Translations under genes and position numbers: made by a program
Notes under the pieces: model-generated
Told to the model about the DNA's origin: nothing
Databases searched by the model: none
The model's input: the letters and a program-made list of their open reading frames with translations, nothing else
Part shown: positions 9,607 to 18,495 of the stretch, piece after piece
Numbering within the stretch: position 1 is the first letter of the stretch
How the letters are laid out: each line of letters opens with the position of its first letter
Origin: a virus
Taxonomy: Duplodnaviria > Caudoviricetes
Reading direction: 5' to 3' (one strand)
IMG/VR virus record: IMGVR_UViG_3300027785_002600
Span: 1 to 24,027 of that record
DNA: 24,027 bases

Positions 9607-10264
9607 AATACTGGAACTAGCAAGAGAGATTAGTGATTATACTATTTGTGGTGAGGGTAATGTTTCTGTAAGAGTGGATGAAAATGCTTTTTTAATTAAA
9701 TCAAGTGGAACAAGTCTCCATACTTTATCCGAAGAAGATTTGACTTTGTGTAATACTAATGGAGCACAGATAGAACTTTTACATAAAAAACCAAGTATTG
9801 AAACTTCTTTTCATGCTTGGATTATGAAAACCTTCCCAGAATTAAATTTTATTGCTCATACGCATCCATCACACACTACAAAAATTCTTTGTTCAGAATC
9901 TATTTACGAATTTGCTGAACATAGATGGTTTCCAGATCAAATCGTTAGAAACGGAACAAAGTCTTGTGTAGTTCCCTATGCTCCACCTGGAGAATCAATT
10001 TTAAAATTAGTTAAGGAGCATGTATCTTGGTTTGTTGATCACGAAGGATTTTTTCCTAAGTTGATTTTACTGCAGAATCATGGTATAATAACAGCATCTG
10101 CATCCAAAAAAAACTGTGCTGCTGCAACTTTAATGTGTGAAAAATCTGCTGATATTTTTGTGGGAGCAAAGTTATTGGGAGGAGTTAAATTTCTTACAAA
10201 ACAAGAAGTTGCCGATGTTGATACTTGTCCAAATGAAAACTATAGGAGAAATATGTACCAATGA
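9599..10264 (+). CDS. Class II aldolase/adducin family (fuculose/rhamnulose-1-phosphate aldolase-like)
   Basis: EGNVS, KSSG, PSIETSFH, HTHP, LLQNHG: catalytic Glu and three metal His present. Confidence 0.9.
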   Translation: MSEILELAREISDYTICGEGNVSVRVDENAFLIKSSGTSLHTLSEEDLTLCNTNGAQIELLHKKPSIETSFHAWIMKTFPELNFIAHTHPSHTTKILCSESIYEFAEHRWFPDQIVRNGTKSCVVPYAPPGESILKLVKEHVSWFVDHEGFFPKLILLQNHGIITASASKKNCAAATLMCEKSADIFVGAKLLGGVKFLTKQEVADVDTCPNENYRRNMYQ

Positions 10265-10572
10265 AAGTAATTTATGTTGATATTGATGAAACTATTTGTC
10301 ATCGAGAAACTTCTGTGGATTTTGGAACAACTCATGATTATAGCAAAGCAAAACCTATTATAGAAAACATAGAGAAGATTAACAAACTATATAATCAAGG
10401 TCATACGATAGTTTATTGGACTGCTCGTGGTAGTAGGAAACAAATTGACTGGACCGATCTAACCACAAAGCAACTTTCTGAATGGGGTGCTAAGTATCAT
10501 GAGTTGCGGGTAGATAAACCATTTTATGATTTGTTTATTGAAGATAAGTCGTTGAGGATTGAAGAACTGTGA
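10261..10572 (+). CDS. Capless HAD phosphatase (EcbF/BcbF-like)
   Basis: YVDIDETI, YWTARG, DKP, FIEDK; 103 aa. Confidence 0.8.
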   Translation: MKVIYVDIDETICHRETSVDFGTTHDYSKAKPIIENIEKINKLYNQGHTIVYWTARGSRKQIDWTDLTTKQLSEWGAKYHELRVDKPFYDLFIEDKSLRIEEL

Positions 10573-11018
10573 TTATTATTTCACATCGTGGTAACATTCG
10601 TGGACCAATTCCTGATAAAGAAAATCGTCCAAGTTATATCGACTGTGCGATTGGAAATGGATATCATGTGGAAATTGATGTTCGTTCAATTAATGGTGAG
10701 TTGTGGTTGGGTCATGATGAACCACAATATAAAATAGATCATAACTGGTTGGATAAGCGTAGGCACTATCTTTGGTTGCATTGTAAAAATCTTGAAGCAG
10801 CAAAAGAATGTTGGGTGTATCATTCTTTTTGCCATACTAAGGATCCGTTTACTTATACAACAACTGGAAAGATCTGGTTGCACGATCTTTCTTTGAATAT
10901 TGATGACAATATAATTATTCCATTAATATCTTTAGATGACACTGTTAGAAAGGTAAATGGATCTCCTTATGCTATTTGTACTGATTATCCACATAATATA
11001 TACTGTAGTTTAATATAA
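10569..11018 (+). CDS. Small glycerophosphodiester phosphodiesterase-like protein
   Basis: ISHRGN, EN, VEIDV, LGHD, WLHCKN, ICTDY; GTG start overlapping upstream stop. Confidence 0.75.
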   Translation: MIIISHRGNIRGPIPDKENRPSYIDCAIGNGYHVEIDVRSINGELWLGHDEPQYKIDHNWLDKRRHYLWLHCKNLEAAKECWVYHSFCHTKDPFTYTTTGKIWLHDLSLNIDDNIIIPLISLDDTVRKVNGSPYAICTDYPHNIYCSLI

Positions 11019-11024
11019 CATAAA

Positions 11025-11219
11025 ATGGAACATATTTATCAACAACCACAATTTGGAGAAGATTGGTTCACTTATCCTGAATTTTATAAACAAATGGTGG
11101 AAAGATTTTCATCTGGCAGTAAGTTTGTAGAAGTTGGATGTTGGAAAGGAAAATCCTCATCTTATATGGCAGTAGAAATTGCTAATTCTGCTAAAGATAT
11201 AGAATTTTATTGTGTGGAT
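11025..11219 (+). repeat. Diverged direct repeat, copy 2 (matches 5689-5883)
   Basis: Colinear nucleotide match encoding MEHIYQQPQFGEDWFTYPEFY...DIEFYCVD. Confidence 0.85.
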
Positions 11220-11579
11220 ACTTGGGATGGAAGTAAAGAGCATTTAAATGGAGATTTTGATTTGAACAGTCTTTACGAGATATTTACAAATAATATGAGT
11301 TCTGTTAAAGAATTTTATATTCCAATTAAAATGACATCAATTGAAGCATCGAAAACATTTGAAGATAATAGTTTAGATTTTGTTTTCTTGGATGCTTCTC
11401 ATGAATATGAGGATGTTAAAGAAGATATACTTCACTGGTTGCCTAAAATAAAATCTGGTGGTATTTTTGCAGGTCATGATTATGCTCCTTCATGTGGTGT
11501 TTATAATGCTGTGAACGAATCTCTTCATAACGTTTCTTCATCTCCGAAAGAAATATGTTGGATTTATAATGTTGTTTAA
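11025..11579 (+). CDS. Class I SAM-dependent methyltransferase (Methyltransf_24-like), paralog of 5689
   Basis: FVEVGCWKGKS, LDFVFLDASHEYEDV, GGIFAGHDY. Confidence 0.9.
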   Translation: MEHIYQQPQFGEDWFTYPEFYKQMVERFSSGSKFVEVGCWKGKSSSYMAVEIANSAKDIEFYCVDTWDGSKEHLNGDFDLNSLYEIFTNNMSSVKEFYIPIKMTSIEASKTFEDNSLDFVFLDASHEYEDVKEDILHWLPKIKSGGIFAGHDYAPSCGVYNAVNESLHNVSSSPKEICWIYNVV

Positions 11580-11584
11580 TTATT

Positions 11585-12370
11585 ATGATTACTAAAAAAT
11601 ATATTAGACAACATTTGGGATTAGGAGATCATATAATTTGTAATGGTCTTGTTAGATACTTTTGTGAAAAGCACATTGATGTCGTACTTTTTTGTTCTAG
11701 CATATTCTATGAAAATGTTAAGTATATGTTTAGAGATTTAAAAAATTTAGAAGTAATATTTTTTGAATATCAACCTGGAATTTATGAATTTACTTTTGAT
11801 GATGGAAAAAAAGTTCAATATGATAATTTAGCGGATGTTGAAATACTTAATTTTCTGCAAAGGAATGGGGTAAATTTTGAGGAAGATGTAATCAATATTG
11901 GATTTGATGGTCTAGGTAAATTCAATACAAGATTTGATTTAGCATTTTATAAAATGCATGGATTTGATCCATCTTTCAGAATAGATAATTTTTATTGTGA
12001 ACGTAATGATGAGCATGAAGATTTTGTTTTTCAACATTTAAATCCTAAAAACGAAAAATATATTTTTGTGGTAGATGATGATAAACATCATTTTGGACCA
12101 TTAGTAATCGACGAGAGTATTCTTCCTAAAGATTATAAAATTATCAAGTATGATAAAACTTTGAATTACGATGATAGTCGATTTTTAATGTTTAATTATA
12201 GAAAAATTTTAGAGAACGCTGAAGAAGTGCATATGATTCAATCTGCATTTTCTGAGTTTGTAAATTCAATTAGGTTGAAAAAACCTAAGATATATCTTCA
12301 TTTATATCTCAGAGATTATACAGACGGACTTCCTATTTTGACTAAAAATAAAATTAATATTTTAAAATAA
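11585..12370 (+). CDS. Putative GT-B-like glycosyltransferase, paralog of 4950
   Basis: QHLGLGDHIICNGLVRYF, LNPKNEKYIFVVDD, LENAEEVH. Confidence 0.6.
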   Translation: MITKKYIRQHLGLGDHIICNGLVRYFCEKHIDVVLFCSSIFYENVKYMFRDLKNLEVIFFEYQPGIYEFTFDDGKKVQYDNLADVEILNFLQRNGVNFEEDVINIGFDGLGKFNTRFDLAFYKMHGFDPSFRIDNFYCERNDEHEDFVFQHLNPKNEKYIFVVDDDKHHFGPLVIDESILPKDYKIIKYDKTLNYDDSRFLMFNYRKILENAEEVHMIQSAFSEFVNSIRLKKPKIYLHLYLRDYTDGLPILTKNKINILK

Positions 12371-12386
12371 CCTCATTATTATGAGA

Positions 12387-12394
12387 GATATATA
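12387..12394 (+). promoter_or_regulatory. Late-promoter-like motif GATATATA
   Basis: In the 50-nt intergenic gap, 26 nt before ATG 12421. Confidence 0.4.
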
Positions 12395-12420
12395 CACTAA
12401 ACACTATATGAATATTTGAA

Positions 12421-13128
12421 ATGATTAGTATTGTAACGGGAACATTAAATCGTGCTGGATTACTTCCAAATCTAATTAAAAATACAGTTTTATCTGATAG
12501 TAGATTGGAACTTGTATTGGTTGATGGGGGAAGTTCTGATGGTACAATTGAATATATTAATGAATTAAATCACCCACAAATTAAACTGATTGAAGTTGGA
12601 TGTAGAAGTTCTTATCCACACTTTATGAATCTTGGTATTAAGAATTCTTCTTATGACATTATTTGTCAGTGGAATGATGATGTCCTTTTAGTTAATGGTT
12701 GGGATGAGGTCATTTTAGAAATTGAAGATGAATATGATTTTTATTTGTTTAATTGGAAGTACGGATCATTGGAGAATATAAAGGACCAAAATTGGATAAA
12801 TGGTTTTGACCAAAAAGACGGATGGTGTTTATATAATGATGCTAAAGTTGGTGGACAAATAGTAATGAATTATGGATTATATCGTAAAAAAATCTTTAAA
12901 GAAATAGGAATGTATAATCCAGATTATCAGTACTATTGTGCTGATGGTGATATGTCTTACCGTGCATATCGTTTTGGATATAGGGATAAAGATTTAAAAC
13001 ATATAAAAGTATGTTCTATTCCAGCACAAAAAGTGGCAAATTCATATCCTGGAGATAATGAACTATACAATAAAAATATGAATTTGTATCAACAAAAAAT
13101 ACTTCCAGAAATTATTGAACTATTATGA
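12421..13128 (+). CDS. Glycosyltransferase family 2
   Basis: ISIVTGTLNR, LVLVDGGSSDGT, MNLGI, WNDD, YCADGD. Confidence 0.9.
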   Translation: MISIVTGTLNRAGLLPNLIKNTVLSDSRLELVLVDGGSSDGTIEYINELNHPQIKLIEVGCRSSYPHFMNLGIKNSSYDIICQWNDDVLLVNGWDEVILEIEDEYDFYLFNWKYGSLENIKDQNWINGFDQKDGWCLYNDAKVGGQIVMNYGLYRKKIFKEIGMYNPDYQYYCADGDMSYRAYRFGYRDKDLKHIKVCSIPAQKVANSYPGDNELYNKNMNLYQQKILPEIIELL

Positions 13129-13880
13129 AAGTATTATCTTTTTGTTTATTTGATAGTAGTAAATATAAAACTCAGCATGACTTTGGTAATATTGAAAAGT
13201 ATGTTTTGGGTGCGGTTAAAAATGCTTTGATAAAAGATGATTATTTTCCAGATTGGGAAATGAGAGTGTATTGTGACAATGATCTTAGTAGTGATAACAT
13301 TAGAAAATTGGAAAAACTAAATGTTAATGTTATTAATATAGAAGATCAAAATGATGGTATATACTATCCAAAGTATGAAAATGCTAATACAGTTTATGGT
13401 ATGTTTTGGAGATTTTTACCTGCCTCAGATTTAAATGTAGAATATTTTGTTTCTAGAGATTGTGATTCTCGTTTTTCTGAAAGAGAAGTTTGTGCTGTAA
13501 ATGAATGGGTTGAATCTGGTAAACCATTTCATATTATACGGGATCATCCAGGAGGTCATGCCTGGGTTATTAATGGTGGAATGTGGGGATGTGTTGGTGG
13601 ATTTATTGAGAACATAGATCGATCTATTGAAGATTTTTTGAATACAACAAATTGGTCTCATCAACAAGCTGCCGATCAAAAATTTTTAGAGCAATGTATA
13701 TACTCAGTTGTTAAAGATCATGCTTTAATTCATGATGAATATTTTAATTATGAGGAAACTGCAGTTCCAATAAAAAGAGATAGAAAATTGGATGATTTTG
13801 CCTTCATAGGAGAACCATTTGATGAAAATGATATACCATCAGGTAATCACCGTGATATGATCAAACAACGTTATATGTGA
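13125..13880 (+). CDS. Putative GT-A-like protein (SF.L..; WRF; SRDCDSR; FHIIRDHP..H; GGMWG; DQ.FL family)
   Basis: Motifs as listed, including a DxD; full-length paralog of the minus-strand ORF starting at 14496. Confidence 0.65.
   Translation: MKVLSFCLFDSSKYKTQHDFGNIEKYVLGAVKNALIKDDYFPDWEMRVYCDNDLSSDNIRKLEKLNVNVINIEDQNDGIYYPKYENANTVYGMFWRFLPASDLNVEYFVSRDCDSRFSEREVCAVNEWVESGKPFHIIRDHPGGHAWVINGGMWGCVGGFIENIDRSIEDFLNTTNWSHQQAADQKFLEQCIYSVVKDHALIHDEYFNYEETAVPIKRDRKLDDFAFIGEPFDENDIPSGNHRDMIKQRYM
13450..13472. repeat. 23-bp perfect inverted repeat, left arm (TTTCTAGAGATTGTGATTCTCGT)
   Basis: Reverse complement found at 14218-14240; both arms encode SRDCDSR. Confidence 0.9.
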
Positions 13881-13884
13881 TTTT

Positions 13885-14004
13885 ATGAAAAAACAGTATA
13901 ATTTAGTTGGTGGTGGATTTAATCATTATGATAATGGTAACAAGGCATCTTCAATTTACAAACACGAATCTAAGTTTATTGAATGGGTAGATTATCTCTT
14001 GTAG
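13885..14004 (+). pseudogene. 5' fragment (37 codons) of a second GT10 allele: MKKQYNLVGGGFNHYDNGNKASSIYKHESKFIEWVDY then LL-stop
   Basis: About 10 mismatches over ~108 nt against 15386-15493; homology stops abruptly at 13995. Confidence 0.9.
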
Positions 14005-14496
14005 AAATCTTTGATCTACTGCACGATCTGTAACCCAAGAACTTGTTTGAATATAGTGATCTATCTTTTCTTTAATATTTTCAATAAATCCTCCTTTTGC
14101 TCCCCACATTCCGGCACTAATTTCCCAGGCGTGTCCTCCAGGATGATCTCTGATAATATGAAAGTCTTTACCAGAAGCAACCCATTCTTCTACTGCTACC
14201 ACATCTCTTTCAAAGATACGAGAATCACAATCTCTAGAAATAAAATATTCCACTCCTTCTTCTGATGCAGGTGCAAAACGCCACATAGCATTACATACAT
14301 TCTGATCGACTTTAGTATTAATTAAAACAACATTATTTGCTTCCAGTTGCTCTAATATATAATTAGGTACAGAGTTATTATGATAAACTCTCATTTGCCA
14401 ATCGGGATAAAATTTTTCTCTAACTTCAGAGTTTTTAATTGCTCCTATTGTATATTTGGGATTATCCCCGTATAATGAGAATGAAATGACTTTCAT
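13951..14496 (-). pseudogene. Inverted, 3'-truncated paralog of the 13125 gene
   Basis: MKVISFSLYG, WRF, SRDCDSR, RDHPGGHAW, DQRFLQEIIYP, then 10 residues read from the antisense GT10 fragment; lacks ~57 C-terminal aa of its paralog; only convincing minus-strand gene in the island. Confidence 0.85.
14218..14240. repeat. 23-bp perfect inverted repeat, right arm
   Basis: ACGAGAATCACAATCTCTAGAAA is the reverse complement of 13450-13472. Confidence 0.9.
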
Positions 14497-14515
14497 AATA
14501 ACACAAAATCTTTAT

Positions 14516-14533
14516 TATATATGAGAATATTCT
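14516..14533. promoter_or_regulatory. Divergent intergenic site: CATATATA on the minus strand (14516-14523) next to the palindrome AGAATATTCT (14524-14533)
   Basis: Read directly between the head-to-head starts at 14496 and 14537. Confidence 0.4.
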
Positions 14534-14536
14534 AAC

Positions 14537-15370
14537 ATGATTTTTACTAAAAACTTTATTGAATTAAAAAATGAAGATATTATCCATTCATTAAATACTG
14601 ATGGATATTTTTCTGTCGAAAATGCTCTCACAGAAGATTTTATTTCTAGTATTGAATCGGATGTTGCTGATCATAGATTTTTAACCAATTCTAATATTTT
14701 AAGTGGTGGGTACACAATCTCACAATATTTTTTAGTGAATATGCTTGCCTGCTCTCGGGCATTTTTTAGTTATTGCACTAACTCGAAAGTGCTTGATATT
14801 TGTGAGGGTTTGATTGGAGACCTGTTTAGATTAAAAGCACTTCGATATTATGAGAGTTATGTCAGTACTAGAATGCAGTGGCATACTGATAGTAAAACAA
14901 GCGCAGGGTTTGCACCTATACCAGGGTTAATCTTTATTGCTTATATTACGGATGTTTTTGATGGTGAGTTTCAATATGTAAGAGGATCGCACGAATGGTC
15001 TTCCGATAAAATGCAAAATGATTTTTCGGAAAATTTTAATTCGAGAGACGTTCAAAGTTTTAAAATGCCAAAAGGTTCTGTGATTATTTACAATACTCAT
15101 GGCATTCATAGGGCAAAACCATCTAATTCTTCCAACTTCGTAAGGAAAAGTTTGTTTTTTCAGGTAGATGGGAATGATAATTCTGAACCACTTATAATCA
15201 ATCCATCTTTTATGACTGAGTTTGGTGAGAGAGTTAAAATGTATTTGGGATTTGGTAGAAAAGCATCTAACACTCCCTTCCCACATACCGACGAAACAAC
15301 CATTCCAAATTTTGAGTTAAAGAACTTGGTTTCTAGAATTGGATATAATAGAGTAAGGTCTATTCTTTGA
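14537..15370 (+). CDS. Phytanoyl-CoA dioxygenase (PhyH)-like 2OG-Fe(II) oxygenase
   Basis: DGYF, WHTD (HxD), GSH, GSVIIYN..IHRA, RKSL. Confidence 0.85.
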   Translation: MIFTKNFIELKNEDIIHSLNTDGYFSVENALTEDFISSIESDVADHRFLTNSNILSGGYTISQYFLVNMLACSRAFFSYCTNSKVLDICEGLIGDLFRLKALRYYESYVSTRMQWHTDSKTSAGFAPIPGLIFIAYITDVFDGEFQYVRGSHEWSSDKMQNDFSENFNSRDVQSFKMPKGSVIIYNTHGIHRAKPSNSSNFVRKSLFFQVDGNDNSEPLIINPSFMTEFGERVKMYLGFGRKASNTPFPHTDETTIPNFELKNLVSRIGYNRVRSIL

Positions 15371-15376
15371 TAATAT

Positions 15377-16198
15377 ATGAAAAATAAAAAACAGTATAAT
15401 TTAGTTGGAAGTGGGTGGAACCATTATGATAATGGCAATAAGGGATCTTCAATTTACAAACAGGAATCTAAGTTTATTGAATGGGTAGATTATGGTGCAG
15501 ACGAAACATTTTATGTAGATCATGCAATCAGTCTAGCATTTGATGATGAATATAGTCTTAAGAAATATGCCTGGTTATTAGAATCTGCAAATATCTATCC
15601 AGAGATCATTCAAGATGTGAAGCGCAATTATCTGCATTATGTGAGAGTATATGATGCAATTTTTACGCACAATCAAGAACTTCTAAATCTTCATCCAAAG
15701 TTTAAGTTTGCTCCTCTTCAAGGAAGTTGGATTCCGGAACCAAAACTTTATGAGAAGAGTAAATTAGTTTCTATGATTTGTTCCAATAAATCTATGTGTG
15801 CTGGACACAATCATAGATTGTCATGGGCACAAAAACTTCAAGATAAAGTTGATTTTTATGGTCGTGGATTTAATGAGATTGAAAATAAAGAAGAAGGTTT
15901 AGCAGACTATATGTTCTCGGTTGCAATTGAGAATGCAAGTTATGAAACCTACTTTACAGAAAAGGTTCAAGATTGTTTCGCAACCGGAACAATTCCAATT
16001 TATTATGGAGCACCGGATATTGGAAAGTTCTTTAATCCAAAAGGAATTATCACTTTAGATGATGACTTTGATGTTGATCTATTGACTTCGGAAATATATT
16101 ATGATAGACTTGATGCAGTAAAGGAAAATTTAAAAATTGTAAAAGATCTTTTAATCAATGAAGATTATATCTACCAAATTTATTTAAAATCGGAGTAA
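15377..16198 (+). CDS. Glycosyltransferase family 10 (alpha-1,3-fucosyltransferase-like)
   Basis: SMICSNK, YMFSVAIENASYETYFTEKVQDCFATGTIPIYYGAP. Confidence 0.85.
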   Translation: MKNKKQYNLVGSGWNHYDNGNKGSSIYKQESKFIEWVDYGADETFYVDHAISLAFDDEYSLKKYAWLLESANIYPEIIQDVKRNYLHYVRVYDAIFTHNQELLNLHPKFKFAPLQGSWIPEPKLYEKSKLVSMICSNKSMCAGHNHRLSWAQKLQDKVDFYGRGFNEIENKEEGLADYMFSVAIENASYETYFTEKVQDCFATGTIPIYYGAPDIGKFFNPKGIITLDDDFDVDLLTSEIYYDRLDAVKENLKIVKDLLINEDYIYQIYLKSE

Positions 16199-16205
16199 TT
16201 TAAAA

Positions 16206-16826
16206 ATGCTATTAAATTTTAGAACTATTGTTCGCAAATATAGCATGAATGTTAAAGGTATCATTCATGTTGGTGCTCATAGGGGTCAAGAGATTGAAGA
16301 TTATATTAGTTGCGGTGTGCAGGATATCATTCTTTTTGAACCATTAAGTTTGAATTTTAAAATTCTGGAAAAAAATGTTGGCAACTCTAATGCAAATATT
16401 TCTGGTCATCAAGTTGCATTAGGAAATGAAGAAAAAATGGTCACCATGTATTTGAGTGATAATGAGCAGATGAGTAGTTCTATTCTTAAACCAAAATTGC
16501 ATCTAACTAATCATCCAACAGTAAAATTTAATGGAACCGAAGAAGTTGAAATGAAAAGACTTGATAGTTTTTCTGAAGAAACTCAAGGATTTAATTTCAT
16601 TAACATGGATGTTCAGGGATATGAATTAGAAGTTTTGAAGGGTGGATCTGAAACTTTGAAACATGTTGATTACGTTTACTGTGAAGTGAATCGAGATGAA
16701 GTCTATGAGAATAATGCTTATATTGAAGAACTCGATGAGTTTCTTTCTGAATATGAAATGGATAGGGTAGAGACTGATTGGTCTGGTGGTATTTGGGGTG
16801 ATGCCCTTTATGTGAGAAAAAAATAA
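16206..16826 (+). CDS. FkbM family methyltransferase
   Basis: IHVGAHRGQE, FEP, SSSIL, RLD, NMDVQGYELEVLKG, YCEV, WGDALY. Confidence 0.92.
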   Translation: MLLNFRTIVRKYSMNVKGIIHVGAHRGQEIEDYISCGVQDIILFEPLSLNFKILEKNVGNSNANISGHQVALGNEEKMVTMYLSDNEQMSSSILKPKLHLTNHPTVKFNGTEEVEMKRLDSFSEETQGFNFINMDVQGYELEVLKGGSETLKHVDYVYCEVNRDEVYENNAYIEELDEFLSEYEMDRVETDWSGGIWGDALYVRKK

Positions 16827-17674
16827 TGGCAATAGGTTATAATCGGTTAGGTTCAAATGGAAGACTTGGAAATCAAATGTTCCAATATGCAGGACTTCGT
16901 GGTATTGCTGCACATAAAGGATATGATTGGGTAATTCCACCTTTTGATGGATATGGCGATTCCAATTATGGATTATTTGATTGTTTTAAAATGTCTTCTG
17001 TAAAAGAGGAAAACTTTGGATATATTCGGGGGCAGAGTATTCAATCCGGATGCTTCCATTTTAGTCAAGAATTTTTTGATAATTGTCCCGACAATATAAA
17101 TCTTCATGATTATTTTACTACTGAAAAGTATTTCAAAAATATTGAAGATTTAATCAGAAATGATTTTGAATTTAAAGATGAGATTTTAAATCCATGTAAA
17201 GAAGTATTTGATGATTTAAAAAATCCAATATTCTTGCATGTAAGACGTAGTGATTATATTAGTAGTCAGGTACATCATCCTTTGTGCTCTCTTCAATATT
17301 ATGAAAATGCATTAAAATATTTTGATGAATCATCTCCAGTGTTAGTATTTTCTGATGATATTGAATGGTGTAAAGGACAAGATTTATTCTCTTCTGATAG
17401 ATTCATGCTATCTGAATACCAAGAAAAATACCCTCAAAAGTCTGATACAAATGATGGAAAACAAAATGCATTAATTCCTTATTTTGACCTTTGTATGATG
17501 ACTCTTTGCACTGGTGGTATTGTCGCAAATAGTACTTTAAGTTGGTGGGGTGCATGGTTAATCAAAAATCCAACTCAATCAATTATTGCACCTGATCCTT
17601 GGTTTGGTCCTGGATATAACCATTACATTATGGATGATTTATTATCAAAAAATTGGATTAAAGTTGAATCATGA
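16826..17674 (+). CDS. Glycosyltransferase family 11 (alpha-1,2-fucosyl/colitosyltransferase-like)
   Basis: GRLGNQMFQYA, HVRRSDY, FSDDIEWCK, ANSTLSWWGAWL. Confidence 0.92.
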   Translation: MAIGYNRLGSNGRLGNQMFQYAGLRGIAAHKGYDWVIPPFDGYGDSNYGLFDCFKMSSVKEENFGYIRGQSIQSGCFHFSQEFFDNCPDNINLHDYFTTEKYFKNIEDLIRNDFEFKDEILNPCKEVFDDLKNPIFLHVRRSDYISSQVHHPLCSLQYYENALKYFDESSPVLVFSDDIEWCKGQDLFSSDRFMLSEYQEKYPQKSDTNDGKQNALIPYFDLCMMTLCTGGIVANSTLSWWGAWLIKNPTQSIIAPDPWFGPGYNHYIMDDLLSKNWIKVES

Positions 17675-18495
17675 ACTTAACATTTTTAATGCCCTGTAGA
17701 ATTGAGTCTGAAGATAGACTCAAAAATATCATAACTTCAATTAGTTATTTACTTTATCATTTTCCAGAATGTAAAATTATAGTTAAAGAACATGATATTC
17801 AATCAATCTTTGAAGAAAAGGCACTTCCTTATATTACACAGTTGTTTGGAAAAAAACCACAAAATTTAACTCATATTTTTGAATATGATTCTGATAGTTT
17901 CTTTCATAAGACTCGTATTTTAAATGATCTGTTACTAGAATCAAAAACTGAAATTGTTTATAATTATGATGTGGATCATCTTCTTCCAATAAGTAGTTAT
18001 CACACTGCATATAATATGATCTCTCAACAAGGATTTGATGCTGTCTATTGCTATGGAGTTGGTGTTTATCAATGGTTAGTCGATTATCCTGTTGAAATGT
18101 TTGATAAATTTTTAAAATCTAAATTTGATTTAAACGTTCTTCAACCTGGATGTAATATTTGTCCATCTGTTATGGGATTGGGGCAAATGATTCGAAGGCA
18201 ATCTGAAATTAATTCTTATATGTGGAATGAGAACTTTATGGCTTGGGGTCCTGAAGATTGCGAATTCCTTTATAGGATTCAAGTTATGGGATGTAAGGTT
18301 GGCAGAGTCAACGATATGTGCTATCATTTAAATCATGAGAGAACATTTAATTCTCATTATCATAATCCAAAGTGGCAATATAATATGGATATGTGGAATC
18401 AAATTAGAACATGGGATAAGGAAACTCTTGTTAAATATTATGAAGAACAAAATTATGTAAAAAATCGGAGGAATCAATTAAATGTTAGCATTTAA
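17671..18495 (+). CDS. GT2/GT7C-like glycosyltransferase
   Basis: RLKN, FHKTRILN, NYDVD, NENFMAWGPEDCE, YHLNH. Confidence 0.8.
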   Translation: MNLTFLMPCRIESEDRLKNIITSISYLLYHFPECKIIVKEHDIQSIFEEKALPYITQLFGKKPQNLTHIFEYDSDSFFHKTRILNDLLLESKTEIVYNYDVDHLLPISSYHTAYNMISQQGFDAVYCYGVGVYQWLVDYPVEMFDKFLKSKFDLNVLQPGCNICPSVMGLGQMIRRQSEINSYMWNENFMAWGPEDCEFLYRIQVMGCKVGRVNDMCYHLNHERTFNSHYHNPKWQYNMDMWNQIRTWDKETLVKYYEEQNYVKNRRNQLNVSI

